A stretch of DNA of 64,000 nt from an uncultured Spirochaetota bacterium (GTDB lineage Bacteria; Spirochaetota; UBA4802; UBA5550): the NCBI GenBank assembly GCA_963827275.1, contig CAWHAA010000007.1, positions 192,001-256,000 of the forward strand. Direction: 5' to 3'. The position numbers were made by a program, and so were the translations under genes. Positions 18,774-30,204 of this stretch are shown here, in pieces. Position 1 is the first letter of the stretch, and every line of letters begins with the position of its first letter. The notes under the pieces are model-generated. The model saw only the letters and a program-made list of their open reading frames with translations, made no database searches and was not told the DNA's origin.

Positions 18774-18829
18774 AAAAGGAGCCCTTGAAGGCGGGGTCAT
18801 CTGACGTTGCCTTCAGGGGCTCCTTTTTT
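18774..18829 (+). terminator. Rho-independent terminator
   Basis: AAAAGGAGCCCTTGAAGGC...GCCTTCAGGGGCTCCTTTTTT. Confidence 0.85.
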
Positions 18830-18908
18830 ATTTTTCGGGGCCGGAAAAAGAAAAATTCTGGACAGCAGGGGTTGATTGCATTAGCTGTTCATCATCCGAG
18901 GTCTATGA

Positions 18909-21897
18909 ATGCTGCGCGCACGGTATCGAATTGAAGTATTTCACCGGGGGAGCGATCCCCGCTGTGAAGTCATGCGGAAAAAGCTTGCGGGCCTCGGGTA
19001 CCCCGTGCGCGGGGTGCACATCTCCGACAATTTCCTGATTAACGCCGATTTCGACGAGGGCCGCGCCCGCGATGTGGCCGGCCTCCTGGTGCAGCCGGTG
19101 ATACAGGATTGCCTGATCAACCGGCCCTATCGCCCCGATGATTTTGATGTGGCGCTCGAAATCGGCTTTCTCCCCGGCGTCACTGACAACGTGGCGCACA
19201 CCGTCCGGGAATCGATCGAGGACCTGCTGAAAGTCCGCCTTGACATTGAAAAATCCGTTTTTACCACGATAACCTATTTTTTTTCCGGCGACCTGACCGC
19301 CGGGGAGATCGAGAACATCGGCGCGGAGCTGCATAATCCCCTGATACAGCGGCGCAAGGCGCTCTCCGCGAAGGAGTATGACGGCGCGTCCGGCATGGGG
19401 CATGAAATACCGGTGGTGAGCATCCACGAACGACCGGAGGCCGACGAGGTGGACCTGGACGTACCGGAAGAAGAGCTGATGAAGATAGCGAAAGAAGGCC
19501 TGCCGGAGCGGGGGGGCGGCAGGCGGGGGCCGCTGGCCCTGGACATGCTCTCAATGGAAACGATCCGTGACTATTTCCTGAAAGCGGAAAAGAGAAATCC
19601 GACCGATATCGAGCTCGAGTCGATCGCCCAGACCTGGAGCGAGCACTGCAAGCATACCATCTTCGCCGCGGAGATGGATGATGATATCCCGGAGGGCGTG
19701 TTCAAGCGCTATATACGCGAGGCCACGGTGAAGATCAGGCGCGAAATGGGCGACCGCGACTTCTGCGTCTCCGTGTTCGAGGACAACTCGGGCGGCATCC
19801 GGTTCGACGACAATTACATAATTTCGGACAAGGTGGAGACCCACAACAGCCCCAGCGCCCTCGACCCGTTCGGCGGCGCGATAACCGGCATCGTGGGCGT
19901 AAACAGGGACGCGATCGGGTTCGGCATGGCCGCGAAGCCGGTCGCCAACCGGTACGGCTTCTGCTTCGCCGACCCGTCCGACCGGAAGCCCCTGTACAAG
20001 AGCAGAGACGCTTCCGGGAAAATGCTGTCGCCGCGCCGGATCATGGAGGGGGTCGTGCATGGGGTGAACGCGGGCGGCAACACCTCCGGCATCCCCACGC
20101 CGCAGGGCTTCCTCTATTTCGACGAGCGGTACAAGGGAAAGCCGCTGGTGTTCGTCGGCACGGTGGGACTCATGCCGATGTACGTGAACGGCAAGTCGTC
20201 GTGCTCGAAGCGCGCCATGCCGGGCGACGCCATCGTCATGATCGGCGGTCGCGTCGGCCGGGACGGCATACACGGCGCGACCTTCTCCTCGGAGGCGCTT
20301 TCGTCCGGGAGCCCGGCCACCGCGGTCCAGATCGGGGACCCGATCACGCAGAAAAAGCTCTCTGACGCCATCGTCAAGGAAGCGCGTGACCGCGGGCTGT
20401 ACAATTCCATAACCGATAACGGCGCCGGCGGGCTCTCCTGCTCGGTCGCCGAGATGGCGCGCGAATGCGGCGGCTTCGAGGTCGACCTTGACCGGGTGCC
20501 GCTGAAGTACCCCGGCCTCGGCCCGTGGCAGATCTGGGTCAGCGAGTCGCAGGAGCGGATGACCGCCTCCGTGCCGGATGACCGGCTGGAGGAATTCATC
20601 GCCCTGATGAACGCCCGGGGCGTTGAGGCCACCGTGATCGGCAGGTTTACCGACGGGAAGCGCGGCACCGTGCGGCACGCAGGGAAAAAGATCTTCGACC
20701 TGGACATGTCCTTCCTCCACGACGGACTCCCGCGGAAGAAGCTCCGGACGTCGTATGTGAAAAAGTCGAACCCCTACCCGGAATTTCCGGAGCCCGCCGA
20801 CCTGACCGCGGTCTTCAACGAGATGGCGGGCAGGCTGAACACGGCCAGCTTCGAGTTCGTCTCCACCCAGTATGACCACGAGGTGCAGGGAAATTCCGTC
20901 ATAAAGCCGCTGCAGGGCAGGGGCAGGGTGAACGGGAACGCCACGGTGATACGCCCCCTCCTCGACTCGTACCGGGGCGTGGTGCTCTCGCAGGGGCTCT
21001 ATCCTTCGTACGGCGATATCGACACCTACCGGATGGCCGCCTGCTCCATCGATACCGCGGTGCGCAACGCGGTCGCCGCGGGCGGACGGCTGGACTCGCT
21101 GGCGATACTGGACAATTTCTGCTGGTGCGACTCCGAACAATCCCGAGCGCCTGGGACAGCTCCGGGAGGCGGCGCGGGCCTGCTATGAGTACGCCGTGGC
21201 GTACCGGACGCCCTTCATTTCGGGCAAGGACAGCATGTTCAACGATTTCCGGGGGTATGACGAGAATTTCAACGAGGTCTTCATCTCAATCCCGCCCACG
21301 CTCCTCGTCTCCTCGATCGGGGTGGTTGACGATGTCCGCGCGTGCCAGACCATCGACTTCAAGTGTGCCGGCGACCTGGTCTACGTCGCCGGGATGACGG
21401 ATGACGAAACCGGGGGGAGCGAGTACCTGGCCTGCATGGGTGAAAAGCTTTCGGGCAGGCGCTACATCGGCGACGCGGCCCCGGGGGTATCGGCGGAAGA
21501 CAACATCAGGACCTACCGGGCGCTGGAAAACGCGCTCGCGAAGGGGCTCGTGGCGTCCAGCGCGAGCGTCGAGCGGGGCGGCCTCGGCCTCGCCCTGGCG
21601 AAGTCGGCGCTGGCGGGCATGCTCGGCGTCGCGGTCGATTGCTCGAAGGTGCCGTCACGCACGCAGAGAAATGACGCGATACTGTTCTCTGAATCGCAGG
21701 GCAGGGTCCTCCTGTCCGTGAACCCGGCGCGCCGGGCTGAATTCGAGCACGTTTTTTCCGGCGTCCCGCTCGGGCTGCTTGGCAGCGTCACCGCCGATGC
21801 GGCGGTGACGGTCACGGGAACAAAGGGAAACACGATCGTGCGCACGGATATAGATTCGCTGATGAAATCATACAGGGGCGTTTTCAAGGATTTTTAA
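18909..21897 (+). CDS. purL: FGAM synthetase PurL with N-terminal PurS-like domains; apparent +1 frameshift at ~21133
   Basis: QTWSEHCKH, KVETHNSPS, GRDGIHGATFSS, DNGAGG, SESQERM, DNFCW and PFISGKDS. Removing one C gives DSNNPERLGQL, joining ORFs 18909-21188 and 21196-21897. Confidence 0.93.
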
Positions 21898-21903
21898 CCG
21901 CAT

Positions 21904-22714
21904 ATGGCAACACCACGAGTATTGGTATTAACCGGGTACGGCATCAACTGCGACGAAGAGACCGCCTTCGCGTTCCGCGCGGCGGGCGCCGACGCGGATA
22001 TCGTGCATGTCAACGACCTGATCGCGGACCGCGCGATGATGGGCGGGTACCAGGTCTTCTCGTTCCCCGGCGGCTTCTCCTACGGCGACGATACGGGGAG
22101 CGGCAAGGCCCTGGCCAACAGGATAAAGAACAACCTGATCGACGAGGTGCGCCGCTTCGCCGAGCGCGATACCCTTATCCTGGGCATCTGCAACGGCTTC
22201 CAGGTAATGGTGAACCTGGGCCTCGTCCCGGCGCTCGCCGGCGTTGCCGAACGGGTGGAAGCGGCGCTGGAGCACAACCGGTCCTTCCGCTACCAGTGCC
22301 GGTGGGTGGACTGCGTCGTCGAAAAGAAATCGCCGTCGGTGTTCATGCGGGGGATCGACCGGCTCCATATCCCGGTGGCGCACGGCGAGGGGAACTTTTT
22401 CGCGCACGGGGACGTGCTGCGGCAGATCGAGGAGGGCGGCCTTGTCGTCATGCGCTACGCGCGGCCGGACGGCTCCCCGGCCGGAGGCGAGTTCCCCTAT
22501 CAATCCAAACGGCTCCATGAACGATATCGCCGCTGTCTGCGACAGGACGGGGCGCATCATGGGAATGATGCCCCACCCCGAGCGGGGGATGTTTTTCACC
22601 CAGCGCGATGACTGGACCCTTGCCAGGGAACGGCTCGCGCGCGAGGGCAGGGAAATGCCCGAGCAATCGGACGGGTTTACGGTGTTCCAAAATGCGGTGG
22701 AATATTTCAGGTAA
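21904..22714 (+). CDS. purQ: FGAM synthetase glutaminase subunit PurQ; apparent +1 frameshift in C4 at 22494-22497
   Basis: [20 protein letters not shown] and AHGEG; NPNGS and GMMPHPER appear in the shifted frame. Confidence 0.93.
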
Positions 22715-22849
22715 ATCCCCCGCACGGAAAAAACTCTTTGAAAAAAAACCGGGCCGGTTTACCCTTGACCGGCAACCAGCGCGGCGACGGGCCTGCAGGG
22801 TCCGCCAGCGCGCGTAACAATGACGGGACAGCAACGCTGAAGGAAGCAT

Positions 22850-23878
22850 ATGGGCCTTAATTACATACACAAATATCCCTCCCCCTCGGAGATCCTCGAG
22901 AGCCAGCCGCTCACGGTCGAACTGCAGGAGGTCAAGAAGAAGCGCGACGAGATCATCAGGAACATCTTTACCGGCGAAGACGGGCGGATGCTCGTGCTTA
23001 TCGGGCCCTGCTCGGCGCACCATGCCGAGGCGGTATACGAGTACGTATCAAGGCTCTCGAAGCTGCAGGAGCGGGTGCGGGACCGGCTGGTGCTTGTCCC
23101 GCGGATCTATACCAACAAGCCCCGGACCACCGGCAAGGGGTACAAGGGGATGCTGCACCAGCCCGACCACCGGGAAAAGCCTGACATGACCAAGGGGCTC
23201 AAGGCGATACGCGAGATGCACCTGAAGGCGCTTTCCCTGTCGCACCTGCCGGCAGCCGATGAAATGCTCTACCCGGGAAACTATCCGTACCTCGCGGACG
23301 TCCTCTCCTATGTCGCGGTCGGCGCGCGCTCCGTCGAAAACCAGGAACACCGCCTTACCGTGAGCGGCCTGGACGTCCCGGTCGGCCTTAAGAACCCGAC
23401 GTCCGGCGACCTCCGGGTCATGATAGACTCGATATACGCCGCGCAACAGCCGCACACCTTCGTCTATAACGGCTGGGAGGTGGCCACCAGCGGCAACCCG
23501 CTGGCGCACGGCGTGGTCCGGGGCGCGGTGGACCGCTACGGGAACCATTTCCCGAACTACCATTACGAGGACCTGGTGATACTGGCGGAGATGTATCTGG
23601 ACCGGTCCCTGGAGAACCCCTCGATCGTCATTGACGCTAACCATTCCAATTCCGGCAAGAAATTCCGGGAGCAACCGCGCATCGTCAACGAGGTGATGCG
23701 GAGCGTCAGGTATTCGCCTCTTCTGAAAAAAATGGTGAAAGGGTTCATGATAGAGAGCTTCCTGAAAGAAGGCTCGCAGGAGCCGTCGGGCGACGACTTC
23801 GGCAGGTCAATCACCGATCCCTGCCTCGGCTGGGAGGAGTCGGAGCGGTTCATCATGGACCTGGCGGAGTTCGAGTAG
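22850..23878 (+). CDS. DAHP synthase class I-alpha (3-deoxy-7-phosphoheptulonate synthase)
   Basis: IGPCSAH, KPRT, AVGARS, KNPTSG, IDANHSNS and SITDPCLGW motifs. Confidence 0.93.
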   Translation: MGLNYIHKYPSPSEILESQPLTVELQEVKKKRDEIIRNIFTGEDGRMLVLIGPCSAHHAEAVYEYVSRLSKLQERVRDRLVLVPRIYTNKPRTTGKGYKGMLHQPDHREKPDMTKGLKAIREMHLKALSLSHLPAADEMLYPGNYPYLADVLSYVAVGARSVENQEHRLTVSGLDVPVGLKNPTSGDLRVMIDSIYAAQQPHTFVYNGWEVATSGNPLAHGVVRGAVDRYGNHFPNYHYEDLVILAEMYLDRSLENPSIVIDANHSNSGKKFREQPRIVNEVMRSVRYSPLLKKMVKGFMIESFLKEGSQEPSGDDFGRSITDPCLGWEESERFIMDLAEFE

Positions 23879-23940
23879 AATCCCCCGGGTCCCGATCACC
23901 AGTTGCATAAGGCCCTCCAGGTCCCCCGGAGGGGGTGAAT

Positions 23941-24071
23941 GTTATAGTCAAAAAATACTCGTATACGGGCAGGTCAATTTCAGCGTCCACGGGAGCCATT
24001 AAACGTTCAAGGCGCTCGACTTCGGCATCGTCACTGACAGAAGCATTTTTTCTGAATACATAGGTCGCCAC
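23941..24071 (-). pseudogene. Possible relic of a type IIG R-M / N6-methylase C-terminal helix
   Basis: EVERLERLMAPVDAEIDLPVYEYFLT resembles the ...D.EID.LVYELYGLT tail; there is no upstream gene body. Confidence 0.3.
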
Positions 24072-24204
24072 TTCCCTGCAAGAAGGGAATTAAATTATAT
24101 TGACATAATTTTTGAAGTGTATTTACTTAGCGAAATTTTCTTCCTGACTCTGAATTTCATACAATCTTCGTTATAAATAATAGAATATAACACGCAAGGA
24201 GAGC

Positions 24205-25530
24205 ATGATGACAAAGGTCGCAATGGTGTACCCTTCGAGAGAAAATGTGCACATGGGAGAGATCATGCTGTACAACCCTCTCGCGCTCGGCTATCTCGCC
24301 CGGCATACGCCGGATAATTATACGCTGACCCTGTTCGACGAGTACGGGGGCGACGTGTTCGATCCCGACACCGTGGACGCGGACATCGTGGCCATGGCCG
24401 CCATAACCCCGGAGATCACCCGCGCCTATCACCTGGGTGACCGGCTCAAGAAGCGCGGGATTACCACCATTATCGGCGGCGCCCATGTGACCGCCCTGCC
24501 GAAAGAGGCGCTGGAGCATTACGATTGCGTGTGCGTGGGCGAGGGGGAACAGCCCTGGAAAAAATTTCTTAAAGACTTCGAGAAGGGCAAGGCCGGGGGC
24601 GAATATTTCGGGCCGATGGATGTGCCGCTGCACGACCTCGGCACGCCCCGTCGCGACATGTGCCATCCCAATTACCAGTTTCCCTCCGTGCTGACCTCCC
24701 GCGGCTGTCCGTACAGTTGTTCATTCTGCTACCTCACCGTGTTCCCGCAGCGTAAATACCGGACAATACCGCACGATACCATCCTTGAGGACTTTGATGC
24801 GGTGAAAGGCAGCTATGCGGTCATACTCGTGGACGAGAACTTTATAGGCTATTCGGAAGCGGAGCGGGAAGACCGGAAGATACTCCTTGAAAAAATGATC
24901 AAAAAAAACTACAAGTTCGTGTGGGGGTGCCAGACCACCACCACCATCGCCACGGACCCGGAATTGATGAAGCTCATGTACCGGGCGGGGTGCAGGGCCG
25001 TGTTCGTCGGGTTCGAGTCCATTGACGAGGAAAGTCTGAAGCTGGTGCGCAAGAACCACAACATCGGCCTGGATTACAGGGAGATCGTCGCGCGGCTCCA
25101 TGATAACAATATCGCCGTGATCGCCTCTACGATCCTCGGCCTGGATTCTCACGGCAAAGACTATCCCCGGAAGCTTATAGCCGCCCTCCGGAGGTCCCGG
25201 GCCGATTTCCCGCGCGTGTTTTTCGCCACCCCGTGGCCGGGCACGCCCTTTTTCAAGGAGATGGAAGCGGAGGGAAGGGTAAGCCGCAACTGGGACGAGG
25301 TGCGGAAAGACGTGCCATCCCTCAGGTTCAAGCATTTTACGAAGGAAGAGGCAATTGCCGCCCGGAAGCAGATACAGGACGCTTTTTTCAATATCGGAAA
25401 TATTATAAGGATGGTTCTCCGCTGGACCTTTAAAGACCGCTCCCTGATGAAGCTGTATCTCAACATGGTGGTGGGGTACCGCATCAGGGATTACAAAAAA
25501 AAGCGCCGCCAGAAGGCGGCGCAGGGATAA
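24205..25530 (+). CDS. Cobalamin-binding radical SAM protein
   Basis: PLALGYLA, IIGGAHVT and VGEGE (B12-binding); SRGCPYSCSFC, VDENF, GFES and TPWPGT. Confidence 0.92.
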   Translation: MMTKVAMVYPSRENVHMGEIMLYNPLALGYLARHTPDNYTLTLFDEYGGDVFDPDTVDADIVAMAAITPEITRAYHLGDRLKKRGITTIIGGAHVTALPKEALEHYDCVCVGEGEQPWKKFLKDFEKGKAGGEYFGPMDVPLHDLGTPRRDMCHPNYQFPSVLTSRGCPYSCSFCYLTVFPQRKYRTIPHDTILEDFDAVKGSYAVILVDENFIGYSEAEREDRKILLEKMIKKNYKFVWGCQTTTTIATDPELMKLMYRAGCRAVFVGFESIDEESLKLVRKNHNIGLDYREIVARLHDNNIAVIASTILGLDSHGKDYPRKLIAALRRSRADFPRVFFATPWPGTPFFKEMEAEGRVSRNWDEVRKDVPSLRFKHFTKEEAIAARKQIQDAFFNIGNIIRMVLRWTFKDRSLMKLYLNMVVGYRIRDYKKKRRQKAAQG

Positions 25531-25671
25531 AACGAGAAATTTTTAAAAAATGCAACGAAAGCCAACCCGCGGAATAGTAGATCAGCGGTTAGCGTTATTT
25601 GCATGAGAATTTTAAGAATTATTGGAAGAAATCAAGCATCATGCCCCCCTCGGGGGACAGGGACGGCTGGA

Positions 25672-26298
25672 TTAGAGCAGCGCGACGATATCCGCGAATA
25701 TGCTCTCCGCGTCCCGCGCGCCATTGATGGTATGCAGGAGCCCCGCCTTCCGGTAAAAATCGAGCACCGGCCTCGTTTCCCCGTTATAGACGCGTATGCG
25801 GTTCTGGATCGTCGTCTCGTTGTCGTCCTGCCGGTGGAAGAGCGGACCGCCGCACGCGTCGCAGGTGTTTTCGGTCCGCGGCGGCCTGTTCGTAACGTGG
25901 TAGATGCTGTTGCACTTCGTGCAGATGCGCCTGCCGGATATGCGCTCGATGATTTCCTTTTCCGGCACGTCGATCAGCAGCGCCGCGTCGATGGCGTGCC
26001 GTTCCGATAGCTTTTCCGCCTGGTAGAGCGTGCGGGGAAACCCGTCGAGGATGAACCCGTCCGGACAATTGCGGCCGAGGTGGTCGAGGATGACCTCGGT
26101 TATCAGCTCGGCCGGGCCTATCTCGCCCCGGTCCATGTACTGCTTGATTTTATTTCCGAACTCGGTCCCGGCAGCGACCTGTGCGCGCAGGACATCGCCC
26201 GACGAGAGGTGGGGTATGCCGAACCTGTCCCTGAGCCTGGACGCCTGTGTCCCCTTGCCGGACCCGGGCGGGCCGATGAGCACCAGCTTCACCGGCAT
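25672..26298 (-). CDS. adk: Adenylate kinase (Zn-lid type)
   Basis: GPPGSGKGTQ, SSGDVLR, ILDGFPR, lid CxxC...CxxC. Confidence 0.96.
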   Translation of the reverse strand: MPVKLVLIGPPGSGKGTQASRLRDRFGIPHLSSGDVLRAQVAAGTEFGNKIKQYMDRGEIGPAELITEVILDHLGRNCPDGFILDGFPRTLYQAEKLSERHAIDAALLIDVPEKEIIERISGRRICTKCNSIYHVTNRPPRTENTCDACGGPLFHRQDDNETTIQNRIRVYNGETRPVLDFYRKAGLLHTINGARDAESIFADIVALL

Positions 26299-27001
26299 CA
26301 GTCGAATTTCTTCTCTTCAATTTTGCCGGTCCTGTCGAAGTACGACCAGGTCCCGGTCTTTTCATCATCCCTGTACATGCCTTTGGATATCAGCATGCCG
26401 GTCTCATCGAAATGCTCCCAGATCCCGTTCTTCTTGCCGTTGACGTAACGCCCCATGGCCTGGCGCTTGCCGTTGGGTAGAAGTTCGATGATACGCCGTT
26501 CCTTACCCCGTTTTGAAAATAGGAATTTTCTTTCGTGTTCCCGTTGTCATAATATTCAAATGACTTCCCGTTTTTGACGCCGTCCTTGTAATATTCCTCA
26601 ATCTTTCCTATCCCCGATTCGTGGTAGGTCATGTACCTGCCGTTCCGTACGCCGTTTTTATAATCGGTCTCTGTCATCAGTCTGCCTGACGGGAAAAATT
26701 CCTTCAGCTTGCCGTCGATCAGGTCGTCCTTGAACGTCACTTCAGCCATGACCTTGCTGCCGCCTGTTCCCCTGAAATAGAGCTTCCAGGGGCCGTTCTT
26801 CCTGCCGGCTGCAACCGGCCCTTCGGCCATGAGGGACTTGTCCGGCCAGTAGGCTTTGTATATATTCCCCGAGAGAGGACCGGTTATTTTTATGTTCTGC
26901 GCCAGGTCCGGGGTGTTTCTTCTTATATTTTGCTCTGACCCCATGCAGCCGAGCGCCAGCATGATAGAGCAGGACATTGCTATGATTCCATTTTTACGCA
27001 T
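26298..27001 (-). CDS. MORN-variant repeat (YwqK-like) lipoprotein; apparent -1 frameshift at ~26475
   Basis: Lipobox LALGC; repeats of YKNGVRNG..YHESG. Adding one C restores PNGKRQAMGRYVNGKKNGIWEHF...KKFD*, whose TGA overlaps the adk ATG. Confidence 0.8.
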
Positions 27002-27242
27002 ATAATGACGTCTCCTGATAAAAATTGTGCAATATTGAGTAAATCCGGATAATTATGATATCCGATCATGCGAAAATAGTGATTTTTGAAACAAAAATCG
27101 TATTTTCCAGGGGATTTTTATCCGAAAATAAAAAGAGAGTTAGAATTGACTATCTTTGTAATGTTAAAGCGATTAGTCAAATATTTTTTTGGCGTATAAC
27201 GTAATCAGACGGCGTGTAATATCTGTACAGGGGTGAACGATT

Positions 27243-28037
27243 ATGATGAGATCATTGTGGACCGCGGCTTCGGGAATGGTGGGACAGCAATTCAATATTG
27301 ATACCATTTCGAATAACCTCGCGAACGTTAATACCACCGGCTTTAAAAAGATGCGGGCCGAATTCGAGGACCTGATCTACCAGACGCTGCTCATGGCCGG
27401 CACTCCGGCGACCGAAGTCAGCGAGGTCCCCACCGGCATCCAGGTCGGACACGGAGTTAAGGTCTCCGCGACCCAGAAGATGTTTTCACAGGGTTCGCTC
27501 CAGAGCACCGAAAACAAGCTCGATCTCGCGCTCGAGGGCGAGGGCTTTTTCAAGATCCAGCTTTATGACGGCACCTTCTCGTACACGCGCGACGGGTCAT
27601 TCAAGATCGATTCGAACCGCCAGGTGGTGACCGCGAACGGGTACCTGCTCGAGCCCCCGCTGGTGCTGCCGGAGAACTTCATAGCGGAGAGCCTGGCCAT
27701 CAGCCAGACCGGCAAGGTGACGGTCAAGGTGGTGGGCGAGGAAGACCCGGTCGAGGTGGGCCAGATTGAAATATACCGCTTCATCAACCCCGCCGGCCTG
27801 CAGAGCATCGGCGGCAACCTGTTCAAGACGACCCCCGCGTCGGGCGAGGAGATCCCGGGGATGCCCGGCATCGACGGGATGGCCAAGACGCACCAGGGCT
27901 TCCTCGAAATGTCCAACGTAAAGATCGTCGAGGAGATGGTGAACATGATCGTGGCGCAGCGCGCCTACGAGGTGAACTCCAAGGCGATTCAGACGTCGGA
28001 TTCAATGCTGGGGACCGCGATAGGATTGAAGCGGTGA
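27243..28037 (+). CDS. flgG: Flagellar distal rod protein FlgG
   Basis: MRSLWTAASGM, ISNNLANVNTTGFK, YTRDGSF and LEMSNVKIVEEMVNMIVAQRAYE motifs. Confidence 0.97.
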   Translation: MMRSLWTAASGMVGQQFNIDTISNNLANVNTTGFKKMRAEFEDLIYQTLLMAGTPATEVSEVPTGIQVGHGVKVSATQKMFSQGSLQSTENKLDLALEGEGFFKIQLYDGTFSYTRDGSFKIDSNRQVVTANGYLLEPPLVLPENFIAESLAISQTGKVTVKVVGEEDPVEVGQIEIYRFINPAGLQSIGGNLFKTTPASGEEIPGMPGIDGMAKTHQGFLEMSNVKIVEEMVNMIVAQRAYEVNSKAIQTSDSMLGTAIGLKR

Positions 28038-28549
28038 TGAAGGCACGTTTCTGCGCTATCCTCGTAGCCGTTCTTTCCTGCGCGGCAAGCGCCGCTGAGG
28101 TGGGTCTGTACCTGTACCCGAAGGCTGAACGGGGAAACGCTCCCCTCACGATATCTGACATAGCACAGGTTGAAACCGACGGGGAGACCGCTTCCCGGGT
28201 AGGCGCGGTCGGCATCGATGACGCGCTCTATGCCGACGGATACCTGGATTCAAAGGAAATTTCTGATTGCATACGGGAACATGCCGGCGGGCGGATCACG
28301 GTATACGGGAGCGGCGTGCGCATCGTGCGGACTGCCGGCGTGACGCTTGCGGCTGAGGCCCCGCGCCGCATCGTCAGGGCGGGGAGCCCGGTGCGGTTCC
28401 AGGTCGTCAATGCCCGTATCACCGTGGAACGGGCGGGAACGGCCATGCAGGACGGCGCCGCGGGCGACATGATCCCGGTGAAACTGAAGGGCGCCACGGT
28501 AGTGCGGGGCGTTATTTTGAATGAACGGACGGTCGAACTGAAATTATGA
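28034..28549 (+). CDS. flgA: FlgA-like P-ring formation chaperone (short)
   Basis: Signal peptide; C-terminus IVRAGSPV...GTAMQDGAAGDMIPVK; lies between flgG and flgH. Confidence 0.75.
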   Translation: MMKARFCAILVAVLSCAASAAEVGLYLYPKAERGNAPLTISDIAQVETDGETASRVGAVGIDDALYADGYLDSKEISDCIREHAGGRITVYGSGVRIVRTAGVTLAAEAPRRIVRAGSPVRFQVVNARITVERAGTAMQDGAAGDMIPVKLKGATVVRGVILNERTVELKL

Positions 28550-29172
28550 AAAAGGCATTTATCGCATACGCGCTCCTCATCGCCCTCGGGTGCATGCTGA
28601 ACGCGAAGACAATATGGCGCGACCGGAACCCCTACGCGGCTGACCAGGACCTGCGCGCGGGGACGGTCATTGTCGTGAATGTCAACGATATCTCCGAGAT
28701 GCGGTTCAACCTCACGATGAGCGACAAGAGCAATTCCGCGGTATCATCGAACCCGGACATGGCCATCACCGGCTTCCTCCCGCGGGTTGCGGCCGACCGG
28801 AGAATTGTCAGTGACGACGGCACGCAATTCGCAATGAAGGGCAGGGCGTCCTTTTCCATCGCCACGCGCGTGCTCAGGAGGGTGGGCCCCATGGTCAGCG
28901 TGGCCGGGAGCCGCACCTACACCTTCAACGGGGTGACCGACATCGTCACCGTTACCGGCCTCGTGGACCCCGCCATGATCAAGGGACGCTCCGTCGATTC
29001 GGGAAACGTGGCGGATTTTACCATGGAGATACGCGGCCTGAAGCAGGGGATCAACATACAGCGGCCGGCGCTCAAAAAGGACGAGGCGGCGAACGCCAGC
29101 CTGACGGAAGAGGAAAAACAGCGGATCATCATAGATTATCTGAAAAAGATGCTCGGGGAGCTTACGCGGTAA
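28546..29172 (+). CDS. flgH: Flagellar L-ring protein FlgH (spirochaete type)
   Basis: IWRDRNPY...GTVIVV, V.GSRTYTFNG...VTGLVDP...VDSGNVAD; operon position. Confidence 0.75.
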   Translation: MKKAFIAYALLIALGCMLNAKTIWRDRNPYAADQDLRAGTVIVVNVNDISEMRFNLTMSDKSNSAVSSNPDMAITGFLPRVAADRRIVSDDGTQFAMKGRASFSIATRVLRRVGPMVSVAGSRTYTFNGVTDIVTVTGLVDPAMIKGRSVDSGNVADFTMEIRGLKQGINIQRPALKKDEAANASLTEEEKQRIIIDYLKKMLGELTR

Positions 29173-29176
29173 CGTC

Positions 29177-30199
29177 ATGAAGAAATACGCAATAATAACG
29201 CTTCTGCTCCTGGCGCTTGCATGGAGCGCGCGGGGGGGCGCGGAAGTTTCGGTCAAGGTGAAGGACCTGTCATATATCGACGGCCTCAAGGAGAACCAGA
29301 TCTACGGCTACGGCCTGGTGGTGGGCCTTGCCGGGACCGGTGACACAAAGAAGTCCCCCATTACGAAATCATCGCTTAAAAATCTGTTAAAGAACCTCGG
29401 GATGGAAGGTGACGATATCACCTCGGCGAACACCGCCGCGGTGCTGGTCACGGCGAAGCTCCCGGCGTTCGTGCGCGTCGGCGACCGGGTCGACGTCACG
29501 GTATCCTCGATAGGGGACGCCAAGTCGCTCGAGGGGGGGATCCTCGCGCAGTCGCCGCTGCGCGGCGCCGACAATGCCGTCTATGCCGTCGCCCAGGGCA
29601 CCCTCGCGGTGCCGCGGATCAAAAACGACCGGAGGGCCGTCCGCACGGTAGGCCAGATCAGCTGCGGCGCCGTGGTGGAGCGCGAAATACACCCGGAGAT
29701 CGTGTTCCGCGACAGGGACGACGAGCAGAAGCGCTTCATCTTCATTGTGCTCAAGGAATGGGACTACACCGTGGGGAACAGCATCATCAAGGCGGTGGCG
29801 GGCAAGTATCCCGAGTCGAGCCCGGTGCTGGCCAGCGGCGGGAGGATCCAGGTGCGCCTCATTGACAGCGTGAGCATACCGGAATTCATATCAACAATTG
29901 AAAATATCGAGATAACCCCGGCATACCGGGCGAAGGTCGTGGTGAACGAGCGTGACGGCACCATCGTTACCGGCGGCGAGGTGAAGCTGTCCGCCGCGAT
30001 GGTGAGCAGGGAAGGGCTCACCGTGGAGATCAGGGACACCGGGAAGAAGGTGTCGGCCGCGGAGCTGCGCGATTCCGCCACGGTGAAGGACCTCGTGGAA
30101 TCGCTGAACGCGACCGGCGCGACCACGGCGGACATCATATCCATACTGAAGGCGCTGGAAACCTCCGGCGCGCTCCATGCCGAATTAATAGTGAGGTGA
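29177..30199 (+). CDS. flgI: Flagellar P-ring protein FlgI
   Basis: NQIYGYGLVVGLAGTGD, VSSIGDAKSLEGG, KVVVNERDGTIV and SGALHAEL motifs. Confidence 0.95.
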   Translation: MKKYAIITLLLLALAWSARGGAEVSVKVKDLSYIDGLKENQIYGYGLVVGLAGTGDTKKSPITKSSLKNLLKNLGMEGDDITSANTAAVLVTAKLPAFVRVGDRVDVTVSSIGDAKSLEGGILAQSPLRGADNAVYAVAQGTLAVPRIKNDRRAVRTVGQISCGAVVEREIHPEIVFRDRDDEQKRFIFIVLKEWDYTVGNSIIKAVAGKYPESSPVLASGGRIQVRLIDSVSIPEFISTIENIEITPAYRAKVVVNERDGTIVTGGEVKLSAAMVSREGLTVEIRDTGKKVSAAELRDSATVKDLVESLNATGATTADIISILKALETSGALHAELIVR

Positions 30200-30204
30200 C
30201 ATGC

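Noticed and set aside
26298..27001. Toxin-antitoxin system (YwqK antitoxin)
   Set aside because: A MORN-repeat lipoprotein coupled to adk with no toxin neighbour.
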